From Styela clava (taxonomy: Eukaryota): DNA of 64,000 bases. The position numbers and the translations under genes are program-made. The stretch lies in the NCBI RefSeq assembly GCF_964204865.1, contig NC_135261.1, positions 6,262,001 through 6,326,000 of the forward strand, read 5' to 3'. Every line of letters starts with the position of its first letter. Position 1 is the stretch's first letter. Shown here piece by piece: positions 29,601-44,600 of the stretch. The notes beneath the pieces were generated by a model, which was given only the letters and a program-made list of their open reading frames with translations, was not told the DNA's origin and searched no databases.

Positions 29601-32600
29601 ACAGGTATAAATGAAGTAAAAATACTTGAACAAATACTGATTAAAAACACCAAACCGGGTTAGGATATATCGAGAAATGACTTCATTGATTGAAATTTAT
29701 TGAAAGTGTAAAGAGACTTTATGGACACCAAGTTAAACGGGGTTTAGTATTACGACTTAGATATGAATAATAGTTAGTATCATATATGATTAGTAAAGAC
29801 GAATGATATTATTCTATTATTGAAACTAGACGGCCCACTGTTCTGTCGAATACAATTTATATCGACGCAAAAAAGGTACTCCCGAAGTATGTGAACCACG
29901 ATGAAGGACACCGGAACGTAGTATGTGTACCAGGTTAGGGTTAGGCCGTATTTTATTCTAATTTTCCTTATTTTAGTTTTATAATGAGTTCGGGGACTAG
30001 CCAAGTGACTCCTGTAGTATTTGTACCTGAAATTATGGTCTAACTCTAACCTGGTTATACACACTACACATGCTATGTTCCGGTGTCCGCCATCTTGGTT
30101 CACATACTTCGGGAGTACTGTTAAAAATATAAAAATAGTTTTAAGAAAAACAGTCTGTTTACCCGGTATGTATAGTTTCATTTGTAACCACTATATTATG
30201 CTTATCCACTGTAGTTGTCTTGGTTGTTTGATGTAATGACTGCTTGTAACTTGTACTGGGTCCAACCGGCTGATAAAGCAGAAAAATATAAAACAAGATG
30301 AAAGCGTTAACAAATCAGAGTAAAATTATATCTACACCTTTAAATAGAAGTAAAATGATACATTTTTGGGTTCTCTCGTATTATATGTATCAGGTTAGGG
30401 TTAGGCCATGATTTTATTCCGATTTTCCTTATTTAAGTTCTATTGCGAGTTCGGGGACTGTCTGTGTTAGCCAGGTAAATATACCCCCTGCACATAGGTT
30501 TCAGTCCCTTTATACATTGTGATGTAAAGTAGGCGAACAAAATTAGTTACCTCCATATTGATACACACACTTCTGGAGCGCCCATTTTGGAATATAAGAT
30601 TTACCAAATATACGTTTTTTGCAATAACGCTATTTCGTATTTTAATTGTTGTCGCATAAAGAGTGTTGAACTTTAAAATTTTCGAGCGATCAATGTTTCA
30701 AAAAACAGTTTTATAAAAATTTGGTCAGAGTTGATATTTATCGATAAACTATTTTTATGACTGAAAATAAAAACAAAATTAAGATTGAAGTGGTACTTGA
30801 CGTTCTTTCATATATTTCAGTTATTTTATCAATATCTCTAATTTTTTTTTCCAAGTAACAAGAACAACTATTCAAACTATCTGATAAAATCGTCATACAA
30901 TAACCTTCGTTAAAACTACTGTCTCCTTTGACGTGTTAAAGTAGTCTTGGTCGATCGTCTCATCGGTATCAGTAGAACTGGACTGAAAGAAAAAGGCTTC
31001 ATGCATCGGTTGTGTGACAGACGTTTCTGCGGTGTGGACGACTCTAATGTTGCGCTGTGTATTTAAATGTCAAAGTTATTTATAAAAAAGTAGGCCGAGA
31101 ATTCAGTATCCATTTGTATTGTAAGGTGAAGAAACGATTTAAATTGGGTTGAAATTTATGTGAAATAGGTTGATCTTGGAAAATATTGCAGTCTATGTGA
31201 AATTCATTTCTAGTGTATGTAATATTATTTTTATTTTTTATTCTTATACGACGTATATGCACGCCGCTCGCTCCGAACACGGTCTTGTACAAGCATTTGC
31301 CGATATCTATCGATATGTACGGAGATGCTATTTATTTAAGGTACCGGAATTTTTGCCCAACTAACTCATTACAGCCTGGGCGAGATAGAATATTTACTCA
31401 CTCTACCCCTCACTGACCGTGGATTAGAAACTTACTTCACTATTTTTCACCATTTTCTGTTCATGGTATTACCTCATATTCAGGCGCAATGAAAATGGCC
31501 GATTATAGACACCGCAGTAAATAATAATCATAATAATCAAACGCAAGAAGATTCTATTGATTGAATTTTTTGTTATGAAGTGGGACGGAGAAAGTCAAGC
31601 TTTCTTCACTTTACACATTTAGCGACAACAACAATACAACTTACTCTGACGTCAGGTGGAAACATCATTTGTCTTTTTCCATCTCTTGAATATTCAGACG
31701 CTGCTTGAAACCCTCTGGCATATGGATCAGCTCTTACTAATTCATCGGTAGCTGCATCGCTCAACTCATCCGGTATCTGACCCGTAGTAGGATCGGCAAC
31801 TATCAGGCAGTCAGTATCACATTGGGAAGGAGAAGTGATAGAGTGAAGGGAAGGGCATGGCAAAGATGACCACGATTCGGTGCCGGAGTCGGGTGGACTC
31901 CTAAATCCTGCGTAACCCATAAGTTCTGAAGTTCCGCCTGAGGTTATTGAAGAGGCAGGGGAAGGCGATCTTATTTCTGCTGAGGGTACTCTGAGATGAT
32001 CAGGTGCAGAATAGTGGAAAACGGGTCTTTTCTCCCATTTTGTTGGGGGATATCGGTCACTCGGAAAAAAGTTGATATTTTCATTAGTGGGTGTGCTCCT
32101 CAATGAAGCAGGTGACGGAGAGCGAATGCTTCTTGTAGCAATATACATCGGTGAAGGCGACTGGGATTTTCTTAGTCTTTCTGGTGCTGTAGCTACTCCT
32201 CTGCTGGCGTAATTGATTGAGTTATTTTCCGACGATGAAGGAGATAATGATCTATTGGTTGAATTTGATTTTGTGGGCAATAGTAAAACACCAGAAGTTT
32301 TCGTAGCGGCTGTACGAGTAGGACTTTTCATCTGGCGATTAATTGCCACATATTGTGGACTTGTTGGAACTGTTAATGACGTTGAATATGGCGTGGGTGA
32401 TACACATTGCTGTCCCCGTTTTATAACAACAGTTTGCATTGGGATCGGCGATACTGATTTCACTTGTCTCTCGCTTCTTTTTGCTACTTTAATTGAAGCA
32501 AAAGTAGGCCGCGGTGATGGAGCATGAAAGTCGAAACTTCTAGCGACATCTCCCGGTTGTGGAGTGAGCGATCGTATTCTCAGAGAGCTTCGAAAGTTTC

Positions 32601-35600
32601 GTGATAATGTTTGAGTATTGACGCTTCTCTGCGTGGGCCTCGTTACCATGATTGAATCAGAAGCTCGTCTCTGCAAAGGCCTTCTTGAGCTGAAGATTTC
32701 TGTTGGGCGATGTTCATTGCGATAAACAACTCCGTCGATCGGTGGCGATTTCGGTTTCTTTTGAACCGTCAATTTGGTTTGGGATTGAAATGCCTCAACT
32801 GAAGAAAAATGTGATAGATTGTTGCTGAAGAACGTGGCTACACAACTCTTCTTGAGTAATATTTGTTTAAAACTAATTTTCATATTTTAATAAACAAAGA
32901 GGCAATGTACAAAACAAAATAAAATATGGAAATGTATTCAAAATAACTCATAATTGATATATATAATAGGTATTGGCGTTGGAAATAATATGGCAACAAT
33001 TTTATTAATTGAAATTGCAAAACAGTAAACCAATCAAACTAATGTTTATTTCAACTTTACCGTGAGCATACATTGATTAATGGTATTGTGTATTTAAACC
33101 GCCTGTTGAACATACCTAAAACATTTTATATCCCATATCTGTTCGATATTTTTTCACAATGTATTACGAATAGAAAATTATTCAATTTTTGGCCATGCTG
33201 GCATCGTGGCTAATATAGTGTAAATATATTTGCGGGGACCCGTGGCAAGTTCATAAAACTAAAGAAAGTTCTAACGTCGCATAAAACTAAACGAGTATTT
33301 AGAACAGTGGTTCTCGAACTTTTTGAGCCGCGCCCGCTTTTTAGAGTTTGTCAAGTCTCACTAGAAATATCTAGCTAACAATGGGTTACAATTTACAAAT
33401 AACAAATAGTAAGGCGAAAGGATGTTTTATTCAGAAAACCCGTTGGAAATACGAGAATGGAATTGCTATCTCTGAACAATAATGAAATGCAATTATCCAA
33501 AATAATGCGGGCAAGATCAAATCTAACAAAGATTTTTAATAAGTTTAACGCTCCCTCAAACAATTTTCTACGCCCCCTTGTGGGGTTCGCTCACCGTTTC
33601 AAAACCACTGATTTAGAATGTATATCTTTCAAAGGAAGTGTTTCAAAGTACTGTTACGCCGCGGTAGGCGGTAGATACTCTGGGTGGTCGAGAGTAGAAA
33701 CTCGCTGTTTCTATTGAAAAATTTCATCATAATAGTGGGGAAATCTGGAATAAATTATACAAAAAAGGGGGAAGGGCATATGAAGTTTTTGAAAAATAAA
33801 ACACAGGCGGTGTGACTTTTTATATCACCCAATTGGCTGGTGAAGTTTGGCTTTATAACGCATGATTAGCCTCACAAGTTTAAACTAAAAATTTACCGGG
33901 TGGTCTGATGTCCACATTCAGCCGCAATGGAAGTTCCTTCTTTTTACTTGTTCGAACTCGTTTTACTTTGTCGAATATTATTGTTTCTACTTGTTTCACT
34001 CTCATGTCATTGTAATATTCGTCCCCGATTACACTGTTTGGTCGTTGTTGAACAGGAATTGGAATTTCTGTAATGAGTAAGAATGTTAACGTTCTGCAAT
34101 GCCATTTAGATGTCAAATAAATACCCAAGAAAGCAATAATTTAAACAGCATACGAGGCTACTCTCATTCTACAAACACGATGTCTTCATGGCATATTTAA
34201 TCATTGCAACCTGAGGAGGGGTTAAAAGCTATCTATAATCCACTAGGCATAAGAGTCACAAGTACTTGGCTTCAAAAATATAAGAAATATAATACAACTA
34301 TCATAAAAAACCGCTCAAATAATTTAAACTCTGTATGAAATACTCTCATATATTGGTGATATAAACCATAACACACACAGTAATCTAGTTGAAAATTTAA
34401 TAACGAGTGGTATTCAACCCTTCCACAATTTAACGGCAAATATTTTCCAATACTATCGCATCCAAGGCAGTTTTATGAGCAATTTTATTCAGTTTTTGTT
34501 TTCGGAGTGGTTGTTAAAGAAATATTTACCGAGAGGTTTATCCTGTCCCTCTCCCTTTCTTTCATCGGCGTTCTTTGGTTGATTCATCTCGCTGCTTTCA
34601 CGTTTAATCTGGGCTCTTTGTAGTAAGGCGGATTTCAGATCCGATGCCGTCTGTATGTCCTTTGGGCTCCGTGAGATGATCGACTGATCATGAGCATGAA
34701 CTTTGTCGGTGGGTTTTGTTTCTGGCTTATTAGTGTCGAAATATGAGTTATTTCTGCTTTCAATGTTATGCTCCCTGTGAAAATAGAATGTCTTACTTGA
34801 CATATGTTGAAAATATTATCACGTAAGTAAAAATCAGCGCCTCGGAAGTATTCGTACCAAGATGACGCACAACCTGAACAACCCTAACCTGGTACACATA
34901 ATACGTTCAGGTTATGCGCCATCTTGGTACGAATACTTCGGGAGCACCTAAAAATTAGTATCGATCAATGAGTTATTATTTTTTTCACTGTTATGTTTTC
35001 TAATATCACATACGTAAATAGTCATATAAATGTATACAGCACACAAATTGGGTTGTTTTGTATTATTGAGTTGATTAATTATATCGAATAGCTTTTCCTT
35101 TCTGATCTTCTTAAAGTGGTTGGTTTTAAAAATCCTTAGCAATTTGTGAAAATAATATCAAGTTATTCTTATTTATCCCTTCAATACTATCTCGGACAGT
35201 CCACGAACTCGTAATCGAACTAAAATAAGGAAAATGGGAATAAAATTATGGCCTAACTCTAACCTGGTACACACACTACGGTTGTACCAAAATGCGAATC
35301 CTAAGTAGTAAACAAGGAAAAGGGAGCTGCAGTTCAAAACACAATACCTTAGCAACCTTGGTTTGGTCTCAACTTTTGGTTCTGGTGGTAACACCTTCTT
35401 GAACTTTATTTCTGTGGACACTGGTGTATTGTTAGTGTGTTCCTTTTCGTAAAAGTTGATCTCCTGGGAATAGCAGAAAGTATAATAAATATCCATGCAT
35501 TGCTAACGACATACCGCTAATAATATTGTTCTCAAAGGCCTAACTTAGTCGCAACTTCAAATGGAATTGTATACCATGTAGATTTTCACCATCTTGTAAT

Positions 35601-38600
35601 TTAAAAACACATCTTCGCAAAAAGGAATAACGTTGTTTATACACGACAAAATATTATTTATATTTCATAGCGCCAAATGAATCTGACGTGGGGAAGAGAT
35701 AGATTCGACTAACATGTCTAGGTTTTCTAATGTATACGCAAAAGAGGAGGATGAGCGGATATTATGCGTTTATTTTTTCTTGTGGTAAAGAGATTAAAAT
35801 TGTTATGGAAATCGAAATGCCTATTTTATTTGAATATTATCATGTAATGGTAAAATTTACATTTTCGACTCAATTTGCAATGGTCACATTGATAGACCTC
35901 ATTCTACGCGGTACATGGTTTAGAGTCAGGAAAGAATACAGACACTATTTAATTAAGTTCAAAGTGTCTCCAGGTCTAGAACTTTTGCAGAAAAAGTCAC
36001 ACCACTCGAGTATTCGACGAAAGACGTATTATTTGGGTCATCGACAAAAATTATTAAATTCGCCGGGCTATGTGTATGTCTTGGTAAGCCTATGTATATA
36101 TATACCTCATCAATACACCAAATATTATTTGCATTTATCAAATGGGGTCAACCATAGATATTAGAACAAAAATCGAGTTCTATATTATGGAAAAACAACG
36201 CCATAAAAATCACAGCGCATAGAGCAGATTTCTATCATGTGAACATTTCTTTTCTCCATTAGATGGTCACAACTCAACTAATTTCAATGGATAGCCATTG
36301 GCGGGAAAATGCATATTTAACAGCATTTGCGTTACGCAACAGTACTATAAAGCTTACTCCGTGAGGGCGATAACGTCATATTGGAGAATAAACACATTCC
36401 ACCGGGCTGTTGGTTAATATAAACAACTCATAGAAGCAACGATACCATTCATTGAAACATAATATAGAAAAACAGATCGAGTGGGATTTCGAACGTATAG
36501 AGCAGGTTACTACTAGATGCTCGCCAGGCCAAGCAAATTGTCATTCTTGGTAACGTTGAGTAACAAGCGGCTTTGAAGCGTTTCGTATCGCATTCAAAAT
36601 ATTATAAAACAGTAGCAATATGCACGCGTGCGATGCCGGAATGGCTACCCGAGGGATTTAAAACCACAGGCGCCTGATAAGAGCAACGAGAACTAATGAA
36701 CTGTCTTGAATAATAATTGAATGCCCTATTCATTTTAATATATATTATATGGATGAAAACACAAATGGCCGTTTGCGACCCCATTTATTACGAGTATAAA
36801 TAAGAATACAAATGAATGTTCTTGTGGAATCGTTCGAAAATACTTGCAAATGAAGAATTGAATGAAGTCCGACCGTTTTCGACTTTTAAAACTTACTTTA
36901 TTAGTCCATGGTATATTGAACACAATTTTGAAATAGGTTTTCGCCCAAAAAACACCCCTGCCACTTTTCAAAATTAACTAGTTAATTAATTATTCAGTTA
37001 AGGTTAGGGTTAGAAATTCACATTTCCAAATCATTCCTAAGCTTAACTAAATATTTAATAAATATTATTCTGACTACCTAAAACGTGGCGAGCGCAATTT
37101 GTAGTACTTAAAACATGGAAGGGGTGTTTTGTCGAATCTCACATTTTTCGCCTTAGCGGCGGGGACTTTCTATAAAATATCCGAGGAATATATATATAAT
37201 CGAACTCTCAATTTTATTTAAATGACTTGCATCCGCTATATTACAGGGTTAACATATCGTGCTTATTTCTAAGATTTGTGCTTATTTTGTCTGAAAAACA
37301 CGGGTGACTCGTTCGTGTTTTGCGTATAAAGCTTCCGTGGAAACAAGGGAAGATGTTTATAATTATACGCGTACTCGCGCTTTGCTGTGTTATTATTGGT
37401 ATCAATTCCACCGTAACCTCATATCTCGGACTCGTTCACTCTCCTCGCGAACTGTTCTGTTAAAAAAAGGGTTTGCGGTATTTCCAGGCAAACTGTGACA
37501 CATTTACAATAGTTGCTGTTAGTTTTTAGGGATCCTGATTTTAAGGATAACCATAATTTAGACCAGGGTGGTCCAAGGTTGTCGGACTCGCGGGCCACAA
37601 TATTATTTTTGTTTTGTTCGCGGGCCACAATAGTGCCAATAATAGGTAGACAGTGCAATACAAAACAAACATTTTCATTGTCCAAACACTTGATCATTAT
37701 TTGTCATTTATCAAGCCCAAACATGCAAAATCCACTAAAAAACTCACTAAAACCTGCAAAAATCTTGCTATATCTACATTTAGTGTAAGATTTCAAACTC
37801 TTCATAACGGAGAAAGTGTCACAGGGAGAAAATGCCGTTTTAGCATTTTCTGGTTATTTTTATGGGGAAACTACGCCAAATGGGATTTTTTGTTTACTCT
37901 CCCGCGAATTCGATGCGGGTCACGGATAATGGAGCGGCGGGCCATAAGTGGCCCGCGGGCCTGGGTTTGGACCACCCTGATTTAGACAATGAGTCAGCAT
38001 AAGCACGAGTTTCGTTTCGAATATGAAAAGAAATTTGATGATGTCAAACGAAGTCAAAAGGGTAAGATCTATATGCTCACTGCTTCTATTGTTACGGCAA
38101 TATCAACCTGGAGGCCATGTGGAAAACAGCAGTTAGTGCCCACAATACTACCACAAAACATGAGAAGTTTGCAAAATGCATTGCGGGAAACCAGAGTATG
38201 GAGAATTTAGATTAGTGTGGCCATATGCTAGTGACTTTTAGCACTCACTCAGTTGGGGTTAGGAAAGAATTAAAAATTTGAATTTGCAGCGCATCTCTAA
38301 CCATAACTGGATAATTATTAATTTTCTTATTTAGAGCGTTGATGAGGGTGTTTTTTTTGCGGGGGTTTTGTACGAAAGATCCAAAAGGTGTACTTGTGTT
38401 TGGAAATTCAACCTCGACTAATAAATTAGAAACGGAGTAATCATACTATGCGAATCGTAATATTTAGATTTTCATGCATCTAAAATCCGCATGTCCGTTG
38501 CATCTTTTCTGCAATTTTCGAAAGATTTTCAAACGGGTACATTTATATTAATGAAAGTATTTCCGACTAGCCTGTAGTTTTTGAGAGATGCTCTGCGTAC

Positions 38601-41600
38601 AAATTCGGGGTGCTGCAATTTCCATGAACAAATATGACCGAGCCACCCACGACTCCAACTTTTGATTAAACAATTTTTTTAACTGAATCATTTTACCAAA
38701 TGCTGCAACTGTTCTTCCTCTTTATTACGCTCCAATTTGAACACAAATCGACGATTCTACTGTGCATTAAGCTGTTTTATTTATCTATGACTTACTTATC
38801 AACTATAATTCTTAATAACAGCAACTCGCCAAAATAAAACGTTACTTCATCACCGAACAACTTGAGGTTATCGCGACCAACCTGTCCTCAAATCGCCCAC
38901 TCCTTCCCTTTCCGAGCTGAGACGACAAACAGACTACACAGCGAACGACGAACGACAAACGTTTCGCGTGAACTGATGCGGAAATTATGACGAAATAAAC
39001 AGTCTACTTTGCGCGTCTCTGATCTGGACTTCGGTAACAACTAATCTGAGCTGGACCGCGAGGGCAAAATCGGTGCGCATAGCACCAAACTAACCTAACC
39101 TAAGCCGAGGAATTTTAAGGTTCTACAGAACGAAGACACAATGGGAATACAGAGTTGCCTGTAGTAGTATTTAATGTGTTCCGTATAACTGTGTGCTTCT
39201 CAATAGCTGGACACGAGATGTACAAATGGATCGCTTTGCTAATTTTTTTGGAAAGATTATTGCTTTTGTTCGCTTTTCTTTCGAAACTAATAGATCAGTC
39301 GTTTTCAGATTTTCTGTACGTAAAAATGATTGGGGTCTCTAGGATCATGTTTTTTCGTCTGTGTTCTGTGGGCACGGCTGGGTTAACAATTTGGCAAAAA
39401 AAGCACGTGCTCAGGTCACCAAGCAAAAAGAAGCACCACATAAATTTTGAAATTCGAGTTTTCAATTGCGCCTCAGTGTCTAATGAAATAATTAGAGTTG
39501 GTTAAGCACTTAAAACTCAATATTATCCCCGTTAAAAAAAATTTTTACCTCATTATCAACTTAAACCTCTATGAATGTTTGTGGGCAAAAATACCATTTT
39601 CAAAAAATATCATACACAGTAATCATAATTTGGCGTTCAATCAGCAATGAATCATGAAACTGTATTTTTAATTTCAGATACGATAGAACACTAGTTTCAT
39701 TATTATTACTTCTTATACATAAGGCACCAAGGTCTCAAGTGCTTAGGTCTTTTAAAAGTGTAAAAAGCATAATCCGGCCCTGGTCAGGATATACTGATTT
39801 TTGTTTGAATTATAGGAACCTTTATTACCGTAGCGTTCACCATACAAGTATGGTTAATGGTAAGTTCATAACATTAAAGTGAGAAGATAGAAGAGAACTA
39901 AGTACAGTCGGTGTGTTAGTATAAATTCTAATTAACACTGTTCTGCTCAGAATGGCTGAGTAGGGTAGGCTACAGCTACCGTATTGCTATCGGTATTTAG
40001 CCATTAACGATATTGAACATCAACGGTGCACTACTACAGTTCTAAATACTGTTGTGTATGAAAAAACAAATATATATCGGATTTAATGACGATAGACGCT
40101 TTTTAACTGTATTGAAGTTACGAAAAATGTTACTTAAAACATTTGATGACAGACGCTTTTTTTTATAGTAATACTGAAAATAACGCCAATCGTTCAACCT
40201 TTAAATAGCATTTCACCGTTACTTTATTGAAGTTACGGTGAAATGATACTTAAAACGTTTATCGACTGACGCTTTTTGATAGTAATACCGTTATATTTTG
40301 TTGCTACTAATAAAAAATAGTCCTTGATCAATATTTGAACAGCCGAAAATTAGTCGAGTCGAGTGGATCGTAACGTGCTGCCAAAACCCCCCAAATACTG
40401 AAAATTGTGAATCTGCAGCATGCGTTTTATGGAGATAATCTCGGGTAGAAATATTCTAATTTCCGTATGAAACGAAGAGTAATAGCTAAAATAGGTAGAA
40501 ACCGCGTTCTGTCTTCGATTGAAAAGGTACTTCTTTCATTGGTTTGGGTACTAAAGTTAGGGTTATCATATTATTTGACTTCAAAGCGGGTCGCCTCCAA
40601 AGACACGACCCCAGGGTGTGATCCTGTAACTTTACAGTTTCCGATTTTACTACATAGGTCTACAATTAAAGTCACCCGGCTGTCTTCATTAACCATATTG
40701 TCTCCGAGAGTTCATGCGCATATTCTCTGTCTAAATATCGATGTGATTTTTGTCGCCTATTTCGAAATTAAGTTTGTATGATTTGCCAACAACGTCAATT
40801 TATGCATAAGTGATTTCGTACTGAACAGTCTTGAACTACACGGGTTATTTGGGTCATGAGGTCAAAGCCACTTCCGCATACCTTATATACGAGAGTTATG
40901 CGAATGAATGGCAAAGTCCGTTGCCGTCGAATTATGTTTTCCGTTTGGGTGAAAAAAATGTAATTCCAAACGTTTTTACACCAATTGTTAATTGTTTTTC
41001 TGCCTGTTGTTTAAATTAGTTTGGATATATACGGTATATATTACATGCAACGATATGTACCTATACTCATGTAATGTACTATATACACTAAAGCAGAAAT
41101 TAGAATACTATGAAAAGACAGGTATCATGCAATAACTTCATTGATTTATTTAATATATTATGGTCATAAAAAATTAAAAGTCGTCAGAACGAAATATCCA
41201 GATTGTTTAATAAAGAAAAAAAGAAGAAAAAATACAAGAAATAATAAGTGAACATTAGGGAATAAATTCGAAGAAAAAGAAATTCATCAAATGAAAAAGA
41301 AGACAAAATTTCATCCACAAATATAACTTAAGAAATATCTGAGAGGTTTTCGAAGAATTGATTTGAGAAATGAAAACCAAAAAGGAAATTTTACAAATCA
41401 CCAATGAAGTTAAGTTTGAATAAATAGATCTAATTACATTTTACTTCTATGTCTAATATACTGCCAATAATTTTCTATCTATGAGCTTTACGAATTGTTA
41501 ATAACTACACCTGAATGAAGGCTGTGGATGAATTTCTGTCTTCCTATTAGAAAAAATAAGGTGCAGAAAAATGTGTACATAAACTGGTATGTATAAAAAG

Positions 41601-44600
41601 CAAATAGATATTAATTATTATAGCGTTAATTTTGTCTCCATTTTACTCAGTTCAGTCGTTGAAACTGATGGAAAATTACCACATTGAATAATCAATGAAT
41701 GTACTGGTTTCATCTTTAATTTCCCATGCTTACATCATGGAAAATTAATGTGCTTTTTAACTTATTGGACCCAATTGAAAATGTGTTATGCAGAAATTCA
41801 TGCACGTGAAAGTTAGTTCATGTGGTTATTAACATTTTAGTTTGATGGTTCGTGCTGTTAAGTGCCTCTATTCAGCGTTTTAGTATATGCCTTGTTACTT
41901 GAGATGCACCGATGAGGCCTATCACGTGATTACCATGCTGATCTCACGTGCTTATTTGACACCAAGGTACAAGCATTGTGACGTCATCACGTCTGATGAT
42001 AATGTACCTTGTTTTTGATACGCTGAGCTGGTGATTGGTGGATGCCGTTACTGAAGATTCCGTGGTAGGGCGATCGTTTTGAAATGATTCCGTGACGACG
42101 TGGAGGCGGAGACGGCGGTTCGTGATTGGATTTTGCGCCATGTGGAAGAAAACCGTTTGTAACATCGCCTGCGTGGGTGGCAGGCTTCTTCGTTGGCAAT
42201 ATGTTATGGTGTCTGGACTTTGGCTTTTGGTGGAAAATATCTGCCCAGGAAGGTATGTTTTATATTTTTATTGTTTTTAAGTAAAGAGGCCTATCTTAGA
42301 AATGAGAATTGTAGCAAAATAGGCTATGATATCGTTTCGTTTTTCACGATACCTAGAGAATTTACTGCGCATACATACTTTGGTCGAAAGGGAAAAAAAG
42401 CTAGCATAGTTTCAAAGTTTAGTGTTTGTGAAGACAAACAAAAGACATGTGACCGATGAGTTTACCAGGTTATAGAATTCTAATTAATAAGTTAGGAACT
42501 AATAGTTCTACTAACCCTGGTCGCTCAATTGTACCGATTCCACGGTTGATACATCGCTTGGAGTAGTTTCGTCTCCTAATGTGTATTCATCAGACATTGA
42601 AGTCAAAGTACTGACGTTAGATTCCGACACAGTATCCTCGGCTGTTACTGAAGTGAAACTTTCTGGAACTGGTGTGAACTGTGACGTGGCACCTGTGAGT
42701 AATATAGAAATAGCTGCTCACTTCCAAACGCTGTTTTACACAACAGTATGGAATACAAAGTATTTCGGTATTTGTATGAAATAGTGACACGACTTGTAAG
42801 GAAATGCAACATCTACATTATTTAACAACTACACATTAACATCATCTGAGAATATTATGGTATCAGAGTTTTGATATTTTTACATAGATGGAGAAAACGA
42901 GAACACCAACGTCGAAACAGTTAACAATGCGAGTAAGCATTGAGATCAGCTATTTTAAAACTTATGTTCTCGTTCATATAGTTGTGCCAATTGTATTTGC
43001 ACATACTGACAATTAGCACAGTATTGTATAATGAATATATATGTATTTTTTAATAGTTCATTTCTACTAACCGCTGCGTTCTGACTCCGCACTGTCTGTG
43101 TATGCCAGAGGTCGCTCAAATAGTTTTCCTTCTTTAGCCGCGAACTCTTTGTCAATTTGCGATTCCCAGGACTCTTGGGGCTTTCCTGCGTATTTCCGCA
43201 GCTGGTTGTGTACCGCCTTTTCAAAACTTGCGTTTTTAGTGATAAGGGATTGTTTGGGCCTTAATTTCGTGTTCGTAGTTTGATAACTGCTCACGTTAGC
43301 TTTCGCAGATTTCAAATTTGACCAGGTCGGAACTGGCGGGCTTGTTAAAACACTTGGGGCTAATTGGCCTTCATGCCTTTGTGGTTCAGCTTTTGTGGGA
43401 GAAATTACATTTGGTGCCTTTCGTGGAAAGTTGGTATTAATATACAACGGGGGTGAATATATGCTCCTTAGTGGTTGTGTGGTCGGTTTTGTTTGCTCAT
43501 GTAATTTTGTTCCGTCTGTGAGCGTTGAATATCCGGACGTTGAGGAACCACCCGTACCTTCATCGAATAGTTTGTGCTGACTTGGAGATTTTTTTAAAAT
43601 TCCGGCTGAAGGACTTGCTACATACGGCTTCGGTGTGAACTTGATTGGGGTCGGCTTCAGCAACACTGGTGATGTCGGGCCGTGTTTGGGGACAGGTGGC
43701 GGTGGCGGCGGCGGAATATCGGCATCTTCATCTGAATATTTCTCATTTCTATCTTCCAAAGCCTCCACCTCATGTTCTGTGGTTGCTCGCGAACTTTGTT
43801 GGGTTTTCATCGAATCTTGTACCCGCTTCGAAACATTTTCAGCGAGAGATTTTTGAGACTGGAGCTTCTGTTGTTCCCATTGCAATCTTTGTTTTTGTTG
43901 ATACATTTCTTGCTGTAGGCGAATCTCATCTTGGTGTTCAAGTTTTGACTTCAAAGCCAAAGCTTCCTCTCTAAAATAAGAAATAATACGTAACATTGAA
44001 ATAATTTTAACTTGATAATAATTATTCTATAGTTTTCATCATAAATGTCTACAGCTAATTTAACGTAGTCCTAGGCAGCTACTTAATTTCAATATAATTT
44101 ACAGTTCTTAAAAACTCAAAATAGAATCCATATTCCATTCCATATAAATTAAAGTTAGATATAAGATATATATTTTGTGACATTAGTAAATATTGAAAAG
44201 TTATTAGTAATTTAGGGATCTTTTAATAATGAGCATAGATTTGATTCTTTAACACCCTAGTCATCATAAAATCGCATTAGTTTCACAATACATCAAAACT
44301 TTTATTCCAATTATACTTGTCAACGTTTTGATTAGATGATTTGAAAAAATGTTGTAAGCATTCAATAAAGAAATGTTAATATATGTAAAAAAACATGAAC
44401 TTACCTTAATGAGTTGAGAGACTCTCTAATAAAATCATGTCGTTTTGTTTTGTTACGTTGGGTGTTAATGAGAGAAGAGGAATGAGCGATTTGATCGTTG
44501 AAAACCCGTTTCATCTCGCTTATTCGATCTTCTTGGTCAGAAATTCGACTGAGAATATCTTTATCCAATCGTTGCAATGTCGGAGTCGCTGATTGTGTGC

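Noticed and set aside
29780-30236. ORFs 29780-30181, 30021-30236, 28204-28464, 44818-45027 and 13125-13307 with similar peptides
   Set aside because: The similarity comes from the shared non-coding MITE family, not from a protein family.
35730-40800. Possible nested gene in the long intron (ORFs 35730-36164, 39155-39505, 40467-40781)
   Set aside because: The translations are low-information AT-rich sequence, with no recognisable domain and no consistent exon chain.
15933-43974. Plus-strand ORFs such as 15933-16391, 32213-32527 and 43395-43974
   Set aside because: They are antisense shadows of real minus-strand exons, with no independent splice or domain evidence.
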